Below the pieces are notes generated by a model. It ran no database searches, was not told the DNA's origin, and saw only the letters and a list, made by a program, of their open reading frames with translations. Made by a program: the position numbers and the translations under genes. 64,000 nt of DNA from Terriglobia bacterium. Lineage in GTDB: Bacteria > Acidobacteriota > Polarisedimenticolia > Polarisedimenticolales > JAIQFR01. The DNA lies in NCBI GenBank assembly GCA_963748015.1, contig CAVVHE010000008.1, positions 352,001 to 416,000 on the forward strand, read 5' to 3'. Position 1 is the first letter of the stretch, and every line of letters begins with the position of its first letter. Shown here one piece after another: positions 20,788 to 28,849 of this stretch.

Positions 20788-22710
20788 GTGCCGGAGACCT
20801 CGCAGACATCCGACCTCGAGTCGTTGCTCCTCGCGGAAGGGCTGGTGACCGCCGTCCAGGTGGAGCGGACGCGCCGCATCGCGTCGCGCCTCGCGCAATC
20901 CCGGCCCCTGGGCGAGATCCTCGTGGAGATGGGCCAGATCCCGCGGGCCGAGTACGACCGGGTACTGAAGCTCCACCGCTCCCGGATGGACGTCGTGGCC
21001 ATCCTGGTCGACGACGGCTCCCTGGGCCCGGAGGGGCTCGAGGCCTACCGGGCCGCGAGGGCCAAGGCTCCCTCCCGGAGCGACCGTTCCATCCTCGTGG
21101 ACGACGGCCTGGTCGGCGAGGAGCAGTTCCTGAGGGCCCTCGCCGACAAACACGGGATCGCGTACGTCGAGCCGCAGGTGGGGCTGATCGACCGGGAGCT
21201 GCTGAAGAAGGTCTCGGTTCCGTACCTCCTCCGGAACAAGGTCCTTCCCATGGGGGTCGTGGACGGCTCGCTGAACGTCCTCATGGCGGACCCGCTCGCG
21301 CGGCAGGTCGTCGGCGAGCTGGCGAGGATCTACGGCCTGCCGATCAGCGCGTGCTGCGCTACGTCGGCCCGGATCGTCGAGGCGATCGAGACGCTCGAGC
21401 GGCTGCAGGAGGGAAAGGGAGCGGGAGCGGGCTCGAGCCTCCAGTACCGCGAGATCCAGGATTCGAAGGACGACGACGAGAGCGGCGAGGGCGCGGTGCA
21501 GGTGGTGGACTACCTCCTCTTCCGCGCGATCACGCTCGCCGCGAGCGACCTCCACATCGAGCCGCTCCAGAGCAAGGTCCGCGTGCGGGTCCGGGTGGAC
21601 GGCGTGCTCCAACCCCTCACAGACCTGCCGGCGGAGTTCGCGCCGCGCGTCGTCTCCCGCGTGAAGGTGCTGGCCGGGGCGGACATCGCCGAGCGCCGCC
21701 TGCACCAGGACGGACGGATCGTCGTGAAGGTGGAGGGGAGGGAGGTGGACATCCGCGTCTCCTCCTACGCCTCGATGTTCGGCGAGACGATCGTGATGCG
21801 CCTGCTCGACCGGCGCCGCGGGCTGGTGCCGCTCCAGGACCTGACCTTCGCGCCGCGCGTGCTCGCGACGCTTCGCGACGTCGTGCTCAGGACCTCGTCG
21901 GGCCTCGTCCTGGTCACGGGGCCCACCGGCAGCGGCAAGACCACGACGCTCTACTCGTTCGTGGACTACGTGAACGAGCCTTCGCTCAAGGTGATCAGCT
22001 GCGAGGACCCGGTGGAGTACGTGCTGGACGGGGTCACGCAGTGCTCGGTGAACGCCAAGACCGGCCCGACCTTCCCCGACTCGCTCAAGGCGATCGTGCG
22101 CCAGGACCCCGACATCGTCATCGTCGGCGAGGTCCGCGACGGCGTCACCGCCTCCCTCGCGGTCGAGGCGGCGCTCACCGGCCACAAGGTGTTCTCGACC
22201 TTCCACACCGAGGACGCCGTGGGCGCGATCATCCGGCTGCTCGACATGGGAGTCGAGCCGTTCCTCGTCGCGTCGACACTCGCGGGGATCGTCGCGCAGC
22301 GGCTCGTGCGAAGGGTGTGCGCGGCCTGCGCGAAGTCGGCCGAGCCGTCGCGCGAGGACGTCCGGTATCTCGGACTCGACCGCGCCGACATCAGCGGGGC
22401 GCCCTTCACGGCGGGGGCGGGCTGCCCGAAATGCAATGGCTCCGGCTTCAAGGGGCGGGTCGGCATCCACGAGGTGCTCCTCCCGGACGACGATTTCCGG
22501 GACGCCGTGCTCCGGCGCGCCGCGTCGAAGGAGCTGCGCGGCCTGGCCCGGCAGCTCCCCGCATTCCTCACCCTGCAGGAAGACGGGCTTCTCAAGGCGA
22601 TGACGGGGATCACCACGCTGGGCGAGATCGCCGCGAACGCGCCCCGGGATTCGAGCCCGAGACGCCCGGCGGTCCTCCAGGAGATCGCATCGGTCGGGAG
22701 GCTGCGATGA
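20788..22710 (+). CDS. GspE/PulE/PilB-family ATPase with N-terminal MshEN-like repeats
   Basis: RPLGEILVEMG; ASDLHIEP; Walker A GPTGSGKTTT; RQDPDIVIVGEVRD; TGHKVFSTFHT; two CxxC zinc motifs. Confidence 0.92.
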   Translation: MPETSQTSDLESLLLAEGLVTAVQVERTRRIASRLAQSRPLGEILVEMGQIPRAEYDRVLKLHRSRMDVVAILVDDGSLGPEGLEAYRAARAKAPSRSDRSILVDDGLVGEEQFLRALADKHGIAYVEPQVGLIDRELLKKVSVPYLLRNKVLPMGVVDGSLNVLMADPLARQVVGELARIYGLPISACCATSARIVEAIETLERLQEGKGAGAGSSLQYREIQDSKDDDESGEGAVQVVDYLLFRAITLAASDLHIEPLQSKVRVRVRVDGVLQPLTDLPAEFAPRVVSRVKVLAGADIAERRLHQDGRIVVKVEGREVDIRVSSYASMFGETIVMRLLDRRRGLVPLQDLTFAPRVLATLRDVVLRTSSGLVLVTGPTGSGKTTTLYSFVDYVNEPSLKVISCEDPVEYVLDGVTQCSVNAKTGPTFPDSLKAIVRQDPDIVIVGEVRDGVTASLAVEAALTGHKVFSTFHTEDAVGAIIRLLDMGVEPFLVASTLAGIVAQRLVRRVCAACAKSAEPSREDVRYLGLDRADISGAPFTAGAGCPKCNGSGFKGRVGIHEVLLPDDDFRDAVLRRAASKELRGLARQLPAFLTLQEDGLLKAMTGITTLGEIAANAPRDSSPRRPAVLQEIASVGRLR

Positions 22711-23567
22711 CGACGGTGACCGGAGCCACCACTCACTCGCTGGCGGACGGCATCCGTGAGGCTGTGAAGCGCGGCGAGTTTTGTCTCCCGCCGCTTCCCG
22801 AGCTGGCGACGCGCGTGCTGGACCTCCTGAGGGACGACGACGGCGCCGACTCGAGGCGCGTGGCCGAGCTGGTCCGCAACGACCAGGCCGTCACGGCAAC
22901 GCTACTGCGCATGGCCAACTCCGCGGCGTTCGGCGGGCTCAAGGAGGTCACGGAGCTGAGCCAGGCAATCACGCGGGTCGGCCTGCGGCAGGTCTCGTCG
23001 GTCCTGACGGCGCTCCTGCACAAGGGGAACTTCGACACGGCGAACGCCCCCAGGCTGAGCCTGTTCCGCTCCCTCTGGGATCACGCCGTGGCCACCGCGA
23101 TCGCGGCGAAGTACCTCACCGCCTCGGGCGGCGGCGACCCCGAGGAGGCCTTCCTCGCCGGCCTGCTCCACGACACCGGGAAGCTCGTGGTCCTCAAGGC
23201 CGTGGACGAGCTGACGCGGCGCGAGCCCGGCACGATCCTCACCGACGCGGTCGTCGAGGAGCTCACCGACCTGCTGCACGCGGAGCTGGGCCACTCGACC
23301 CTCGTCCGGTGGAAGCTCCCCGGGCCGATTTGTCGCGTGGCGCTCCACCACCACGACGAGCAGCCGGCGTCCGGCGACGTCCTCCTCATGCGCGTCCAGG
23401 CGGCCGACGCCATCTCGCGCAAGATGGGGGCTCACCCGCACCCCGACCCCGGCCTGAACCTGCTCGAGGTCCCCGCCGTCGAGCGCCTGAACCTCAACGA
23501 CCTCGAGCTCGCCACCCTCATGGTGGACCTCGAGGACGCCGTCAACGCCATCAAGCAGCTGATCTGA
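22707..23567 (+). CDS. HDOD domain protein
   Basis: LPPLPELA, LLRMANSA, AITRVG and AFLAGLLHDTGK; ATGA overlap with the ATPase stop. Confidence 0.92.
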   Translation: MTTVTGATTHSLADGIREAVKRGEFCLPPLPELATRVLDLLRDDDGADSRRVAELVRNDQAVTATLLRMANSAAFGGLKEVTELSQAITRVGLRQVSSVLTALLHKGNFDTANAPRLSLFRSLWDHAVATAIAAKYLTASGGGDPEEAFLAGLLHDTGKLVVLKAVDELTRREPGTILTDAVVEELTDLLHAELGHSTLVRWKLPGPICRVALHHHDEQPASGDVLLMRVQAADAISRKMGAHPHPDPGLNLLEVPAVERLNLNDLELATLMVDLEDAVNAIKQLI

Positions 23568-23598
23568 CCGCCCGCGCTTCGTCGTGCATCTTCGGGTG

Positions 23599-23788
23599 CC
23601 GGCGGCCGCCCGCGGGTCATCCCGCGGCGACCTCCCTCGGCGACGACCCGCATCGGCCGCGCGAAGGGTCGAGCAAGCGCGCTGGCGCGGATCCTAGCGC
23701 CATCGCGCTCGACCCTTCGCGCGGCCGTGCAGGGGTCCCCGTCGCCTCGGGCATCGTCGCCGCGGGATGACCCACGGGCGGCCGCCGG
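23599..23788. repeat. About 190-nt nested inverted repeat (long hairpin) between convergent genes
   Basis: 23599-23631 pairs with 23756-23788 (32/33); 23654-23674 pairs with 23707-23727 (21/21); short additional stems lie between and inside these. Confidence 0.9.
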
Positions 23789-23810
23789 GGTCCGGAGGTT
23801 CGAACGATTG

Positions 23811-24089
23811 CTAGCGGCGGGCGAAGCGGAGAAATACGCGCCAGGCGCCGCTCTCGAGGCCGTCGGGGAGCTGCTGGCCGTCGGGGATCAGGAGGATGAG
23901 CACTCGGCCGCCGGCGGGATCGGGAGCGCTTTCGCCGTGGCGCCGCTCGTGCTGGGGATCCGGGGGGTTACCGCCCCTACGCCGAGGCGCGCGCACACCG
24001 AGGACACGGCCCTCGACCGCGCCGGCGGCAACCGCGACCTTCGTCGCGGGAGCGCCGACCGGCGGTGTGCCTCCGATCCGGATGTCCAC
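23811..24089 (-). CDS. Hypothetical 92-aa protein, putatively sigma28-dependent
   Basis: GGAGGTGA RBS before GTG and its own sigma28 promoter; no family recognised. Confidence 0.65.
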   Translation of the reverse strand: MDIRIGGTPPVGAPATKVAVAAGAVEGRVLGVRAPRRRGGNPPDPQHERRHGESAPDPAGGRVLILLIPDGQQLPDGLESGAWRVFLRFARR

Positions 24090-24109
24090 GCCTCACCTCC
24101 ACCCCCATC

Positions 24110-24136
24110 GCATCGGCAGGCGAGCGCCGGACTTGA
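24110..24136 (-). promoter_or_regulatory. sigma28 promoter for the 92-aa ORF
   Basis: TCAAG-N14-GCCGATGC. Confidence 0.7.
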
Positions 24137-24140
24137 GGCT

Positions 24141-24347
24141 CTAGCTATTCTCTGAGGGAGTCGAGGTCTCGACGGCGGCGCGGTTGCTGCGCGCGATCTC
24201 CTGGTAGATCTCCTCGCGGTAGATCGAGACGTCGGGGGGGGCTTCGAAGCCGATGCGGACGACGCCGTGGGACAGCTCGAGCACGGTGATTCGTATCGAG
24301 TTGCCGACGACGATGCTCTCGCCGGCCTTGCGGGTGAGGGCTAGCAT
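24141..24347 (-). CDS. csrA: Carbon storage regulator CsrA
   Basis: MLALTRKAGESIVVG..VRIGFEAP..IYREEIY; adjacent to fliW. Confidence 0.95.
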   Translation of the reverse strand: MLALTRKAGESIVVGNSIRITVLELSHGVVRIGFEAPPDVSIYREEIYQEIARSNRAAVETSTPSENS

Positions 24348-24419
24348 CGGGACCTCCTGTCCCCGGAGCCCGTCTCGGGGCTCCTCGTTCCCGCCGCTCC
24401 GCGGCGGGGTGGTGAGAAG

Positions 24420-24833
24420 CTACGCGTCCAGCTTCACCGGAGCGCGAAGCGGGTAAGACCTGTCGTCCAGGATCACCTGTACCGCCCGCTGGCACCTGAC
24501 GTTCACGACGAGCGGCGCGCGGAGGTTCGCGACGCAGCCTTCACCCTCGAGGGTCGTGACCGCCAGGAACAGCACGGGATCGCCGTCGGCAAGTGCCAGC
24601 GCTTCCTGGATCCTCGACCCGAGCTCCGGCCGGTAGTTCCGGTCGGCGAGCCGGGGGTCGGTGACCGGAAGGGCGAGCCCTTCGACGTCGAGGCACCTCA
24701 GCACCCGCACGGCCGATCCGCTCCTCTCGAGGAGCTCGAAGCGCCGCGCCTGCGGGATGCCGATGAGGCCCTCCTCGAAGCAGATCGTGGAGCCGGCGCC
24801 GGCCGGGACCGTGGACTCGCTCATCGTCGTCAC
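24420..24833 (-). CDS. fliW: Flagellar assembly factor FliW
   Basis: FEEGLIG, ANLRAPLVVN and QVILDD motifs; flgL-fliW-csrA synteny. Confidence 0.9.
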   Translation of the reverse strand: MTTMSESTVPAGAGSTICFEEGLIGIPQARRFELLERSGSAVRVLRCLDVEGLALPVTDPRLADRNYRPELGSRIQEALALADGDPVLFLAVTTLEGEGCVANLRAPLVVNVRCQRAVQVILDDRSYPLRAPVKLDA

Positions 24834-25702
24834 CCCAGGTAGTCGAACAGGGACATGCCGAGTATACGTCCTGCGGCCGCCGACAGCGCCGAGCGGGCGG
24901 TGCTCGCCGACTGCAGCTCCACCGCGACCTGCGTCAGGTCCGCGTCCTCGAGCTCGCCTATCCGCTGCAGCAGGCGCGTCGCCTCGTCCGCGTGGCGCGA
25001 GGTGATCGCGTCGATCTTCTCCATGCGGGCGCCGATCTCGCCCCGGACGCCCGTCATCCGGCTGATGTCGTCCCCCAGGGTCACGACCAGCGCCGCGGCG
25101 TCCGCCGTGCGGCCGTCGCGCACGGCCTGAGCGGCGTCCGCGAGGTGGGCGAACAGGTCCCCTCCGGCCTGGAACGCGTCGCGGCCCGACATCGTCGAGG
25201 CGACCTGCTCGTTCGTGTCGAGCGGGGCCTGCGCCTCCGCGTCGTCGCCGTGATAGCTCCCGTCCTGGGCGAAGGGCAGCGTGCGGGTCGCGGTCCCCGA
25301 GAACAGGAACCGGCCGTTCTGGTTCGTGTTGGCCAGGGAGAGGAGCTGCGTGCGCAGGGCGTCGAGCTTGTCGGCCCGCGCCGCGTTCCCCGGCAGGCCG
25401 GTCCCGGAGGCCCCCGCCATCGCCTCGGCGCGAGCCGAGGAGAGGACGGACACGACCTCGCCGAGCGCGCTGTCGATCGCGGACAGGTCGGTTCGCGCCG
25501 CCTGCGCGGACCGGTCGAAGCCGGAAAGGGCCACCACGCGCCCCCGGGCCTGCAGCGCGAGGTGCGCGGCGGCCGGGTCGTCGGAGGCGGTCCGGACCCG
25601 CTTGCCGTCCGACATCCGGTCGAGGCCGCGCGAGGTCGAGCCGCGCGCGTTCTCGAGGCCCGTGAGGAGCCGGAGGTAGAAGCTCTGGTCGCCGACCCGC
25701 AT
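24830..25702 (-). CDS. flgL: Hook-associated protein FlgL
   Basis: Flagellin-like termini (GKRVRTASDDP, LANTNQNGRFLFSG, SLFDYL). Confidence 0.9.
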   Translation of the reverse strand: MRVGDQSFYLRLLTGLENARGSTSRGLDRMSDGKRVRTASDDPAAAHLALQARGRVVALSGFDRSAQAARTDLSAIDSALGEVVSVLSSARAEAMAGASGTGLPGNAARADKLDALRTQLLSLANTNQNGRFLFSGTATRTLPFAQDGSYHGDDAEAQAPLDTNEQVASTMSGRDAFQAGGDLFAHLADAAQAVRDGRTADAAALVVTLGDDISRMTGVRGEIGARMEKIDAITSRHADEATRLLQRIGELEDADLTQVAVELQSASTARSALSAAAGRILGMSLFDYLG

Positions 25703-25712
25703 GACGGGCCTC

Positions 25713-27107
25713 CTATCGCTGGATCAGGTTGATCGCGGTCTCGGTCACCGAGTCGAGCACCCGGATGAACTTCGTTGCCGCTTCGAACGATCGCTGGAAC
25801 TGCATCAGGTTGATCGCTTCCTCGTCGAGCGAGACGCCGGAGACGCTGTCGCGCTGCTGGACGAGGCCGTCCACGAGGCTCCTCGACACGCCGTAGGAGA
25901 CGTCGGTCTGGGCGATGTCGTCGCCGAGCCGCGTCAGCGAGTCGGTGAGGAAATCCGCCGGGCTCTTCCCGCCGAGCGACGCCGACCCCTGGTCGCGCAG
26001 CTTCGCGATGGACGCGGCGACACTGCCGTCTCCCGCCGCGCCGGACGCGGACACGGCGAGGAGCGACGGATCCTGGAGGATCGCGGAGTTCACGGCGATG
26101 GTCGCGGCCGCTCCCGTCGCGGAGGGCGGGTCGGGCACGAACAGCGGCCCGCCGGGGTTGCCGTTCGCGTCCCGGGCGCCCGCGGTGAGGGCGTTCGCGC
26201 GGCTCGCCATGTCGGCCGCGAGGCGGTCGAGCGTGGAGAGGCTGGACACGATCGCCTCGTCGCGCGTCGCGAGCTGGGCGCCGAGCCGCCCGCTCCTCAG
26301 CCTGCCCGTGAGATCGGTTCCGTCCCCCCCGGCTTGGATCGTGAGCATGCCGTCCGCCGACCTGCCCGTCCGGAGGGGCAGGGCGTGGTCTCCGGTCACC
26401 AGCGTCGCGCCCGCCGGCAGCTCGAAGCTCACGCGGCCGTCGGCTCCGGCGACGGAGACGCCGCCGGTCAGCTCGGCGAGCTGCTGCACGACCAGGTCGC
26501 GCTGGTCGCGGGGCCCGTTCGCGACCGCCCCTCCCGCCTCGTCCTGCGCGATCTGGCGGTTCAGGGAGGCGAGCTGCGAGGCGAGGTTGTTGACCTGCTT
26601 GATCGTCTCGCCGGTGGCCGCGTCCTCCTGCCGGCGCTGGGCCTGCAGCCTCCCGGAAGCGTCGCGCATCGAGCGTGCCAGCGCGTCCGCGGCCGAGACC
26701 GCGCCCCGGCGCGCGCCCGCGTTTTCGGGCTGGGCGGCGAGCTGGTTGAACGCGGAGGAGAAGCTCGCGAGCGCCGAGGCAAGCCCGTCGCCGTCGAGCG
26801 TCCCGAACACCGACTGGATGTCCTGGAGGCCGCGCAGCTTCTGGTCGGCGTGCCCGAGCGATCCCTGCTCGCGCTGCAGGCTGTCCGCCAGGAATCGGTC
26901 CTCCATCCGGCTGACCCGCGCGACGTCGACGCCGCTGTCGATCCAGCCGCCCGGCACCGCGAGGGGCATTCCCGGCGTCAGCTCGACCCGCCGCCGCGAG
27001 AAGCCGGGGGTCGAGGCGTTCGCGATGTTGTCCCCCGCGACCTGCATCCCCAGGCGCGACGCGCCCATCAGACGGCGCCCGATGTCGAAGTAGGCGAAGA
27101 TGTTCAT
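25713..27107 (-). CDS. flgK: Hook-associated protein FlgK
   Basis: NIANASTPGFSRRR and SVSGVSLDEEAINLMQFQ motifs. Confidence 0.93.
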   Translation of the reverse strand: MNIFAYFDIGRRLMGASRLGMQVAGDNIANASTPGFSRRRVELTPGMPLAVPGGWIDSGVDVARVSRMEDRFLADSLQREQGSLGHADQKLRGLQDIQSVFGTLDGDGLASALASFSSAFNQLAAQPENAGARRGAVSAADALARSMRDASGRLQAQRRQEDAATGETIKQVNNLASQLASLNRQIAQDEAGGAVANGPRDQRDLVVQQLAELTGGVSVAGADGRVSFELPAGATLVTGDHALPLRTGRSADGMLTIQAGGDGTDLTGRLRSGRLGAQLATRDEAIVSSLSTLDRLAADMASRANALTAGARDANGNPGGPLFVPDPPSATGAAATIAVNSAILQDPSLLAVSASGAAGDGSVAASIAKLRDQGSASLGGKSPADFLTDSLTRLGDDIAQTDVSYGVSRSLVDGLVQQRDSVSGVSLDEEAINLMQFQRSFEAATKFIRVLDSVTETAINLIQR

Positions 27108-27559
27108 GCGCGTTGCCTCAGCCTGAGCCCCTGCGGAGCGAATTCCGCGGAGCGTCCGGTCGGGAGGTAGTTGCCTCCGGTCGCCGCGGCGACCGTCGCG
27201 AGCAGTCCGCGCCGGAGCGTGACCATCCGCTCCAGCAGGCCGCTCGACACCGCGGACGCGCGCGCGAGGCGGGTGGCCGTGCGCTCGAGCGCGGCCCGCG
27301 CGCTCTCGACGCGCGGATCGCCGTCGGCCTGGACGTGAGCCGCGGCGAGCCGCCCGAGCTCTTCGACGAGCACCTTGGTCTCGACCGAGAGCGTCTCGAG
27401 GCGAGCCCTGTGCGACTCGATGGCGTCCGTGTCCCCCGCGACGATCGCGGAGCGCACCGCGTCCGTGAGCCGTTCGGCCTCCTCGAGCCTCGCGTTCAGC
27501 TCGGAGAGGAGTCGGGCCTGGTTGATCGCGGCTTCGGTGGAATCAGCGGGGAAATCCAT
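27104..27559 (-). CDS. flgN: Flagellar export chaperone FlgN
   Basis: Helical protein between flgM and flgK with a C-terminal Y..G motif; called mainly by synteny. Confidence 0.7.
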   Translation of the reverse strand: MDFPADSTEAAINQARLLSELNARLEEAERLTDAVRSAIVAGDTDAIESHRARLETLSVETKVLVEELGRLAAAHVQADGDPRVESARAALERTATRLARASAVSSGLLERMVTLRRGLLATVAAATGGNYLPTGRSAEFAPQGLRLRQRA

Positions 27560-27835
27560 CCTCGAACTCCAGGATGGCGCGGGCGAGCCGTTGCGGGTCT
27601 ACCTCGTAGGTACCCGTCACGAGAGCCCTGCGCAGAGTGTCGACCTTGTCCTGCCGGATTTCGGGGAGCCGGGACGACGCCTCCGCGAGCACGGCCGCCT
27701 GGCGCGCCGTCGCGGACAGCTCGATCCGATCCCCCCTCCGGTCCCGGACGCTTCCGGTTTGCGGACGGGTCGCGCGCCGGCGGGCCCTTCCGTCCGCCGC
27801 GCTCTTCCGGGTCCGTCCGCTCCGTTGATCTTCAT
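27543..27835 (-). pseudogene. flgM: Anti-sigma28 factor FlgM, frameshifted at a G6 run (27731-27736)
   Basis: MKING N-terminus; the shifted frame gives DRIELS..IRQDKVDTLRRALVTGTYEVD..LARAIL. One extra G restores a 97-aa ORF. Confidence 0.85.
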
Positions 27836-27889
27836 CTTCCTGCGTCCTCTCGCCCGCCCGAGGGCGGGCGCCGGCTCTTGCTGGCTGCC

Positions 27890-28849
27890 TTAGATCTCAT
27901 CGGCTCGATGCCGCAAGACTTGAGCCCTCAAGGAACCGGGTGCCGCTAAGCCTGGGTCCACGGCCCGCCCTTCCCTGGCCGCCTCGAAATGGAGATGGGG
28001 GCCGGTCGACCGGCCGGAGCTGCCTACCTTTCCCAGGAGCGCGCCGCGCTCCACTTTCTGGCCCGGCCGGACGTCGGCGCCCGAAAGGTGCGCGTAGCGC
28101 GTGATCCACCCCTCGGCATGCCGGACGAGAACCTCCAGGCCGAATCCGGGGCGCCGTTCCGCGGAAACGACCTCGCCGGGGGCGACCGCCACGACGGCCG
28201 TACCTTCCGGCGCCGGCAGGTCCACACCATGGTGAAAGCGGAGCGAACCGTCGAACGGATCCCTTCTCCAACCGAAAGGGCTGGATACGGAGGCGGAAGT
28301 ACGGTGAATGTTTCGGTTCTCGGGAGAATGCGGAGCCGATTCGGTGGCAGGCGGCGGGGCCGGCGCGGTCGTCGGGCTCGCTGCCGCGGGAACCGGCCTC
28401 GCCGGGGTTGTAGGGGCCTCGGACGGGGCGGAGGGGACCGGTTGCTCCTCCGGAAGGACGGCGGCGTTTCGCATGGCCCCGCCCGCCGACTCCACCGCCG
28501 CGCCGTAGGCCTCTCTCGCGCGGACCTCCGCCGCCTTCCGCAAGGCCGCCTCGGCCGACTGCGCGGCGTCGACCCGGCCCGCCCACTGCTCCTCGATCAT
28601 GCGCGCGATGCCGAAGGGCGATCCCTCCGCGAGACGCTCCGCGAGCTGCTCCTGGAAGACCGCCTGGTAGGTCGACGCTCCCGGGCCCTCGCCGAAGAAA
28701 CCCTCCTCGAGCTGCGCCTCGGTCATGCTCTTCAGAAGCGACTGGACGAGGAGCGCCTCGAAGGCCTCCGAGGCCTGCTTGAGGCGCGCTCGCTCGCCCG
28801 CCGCCTTGAGGGCGGCGGGATCGAGGCTCAGCGGGGAGACGGGTCTCAC
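27890..28849 (-). CDS. flgJ: FlgJ: rod-binding domain fused to an M23 metallopeptidase
   Basis: LKQASEAFEALLVQSLLKSM..FGIARMIEEQ; M23 motifs FHHGVDL, YAHL and GRSTGPHLHFE. Confidence 0.85.
   Translation of the reverse strand: MRPVSPLSLDPAALKAAGERARLKQASEAFEALLVQSLLKSMTEAQLEEGFFGEGPGASTYQAVFQEQLAERLAEGSPFGIARMIEEQWAGRVDAAQSAEAALRKAAEVRAREAYGAAVESAGGAMRNAAVLPEEQPVPSAPSEAPTTPARPVPAAASPTTAPAPPPATESAPHSPENRNIHRTSASVSSPFGWRRDPFDGSLRFHHGVDLPAPEGTAVVAVAPGEVVSAERRPGFGLEVLVRHAEGWITRYAHLSGADVRPGQKVERGALLGKVGSSGRSTGPHLHFEAAREGRAVDPGLAAPGSLRAQVLRHRADEI
27897..27923 (-). promoter_or_regulatory. sigma28 promoter upstream of flgM
   Basis: TCAAG-N14-GCCGATGA within the 3' end of flgJ. Confidence 0.75.

Noticed and set aside
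20766..23567. Apparent 933-aa protein ending in an HDOD domain
   Set aside because: The N-terminal part is an alternate frame over the ATPase; the real HDOD gene starts at ATG 22707 with an RBS and ATGA overlap.
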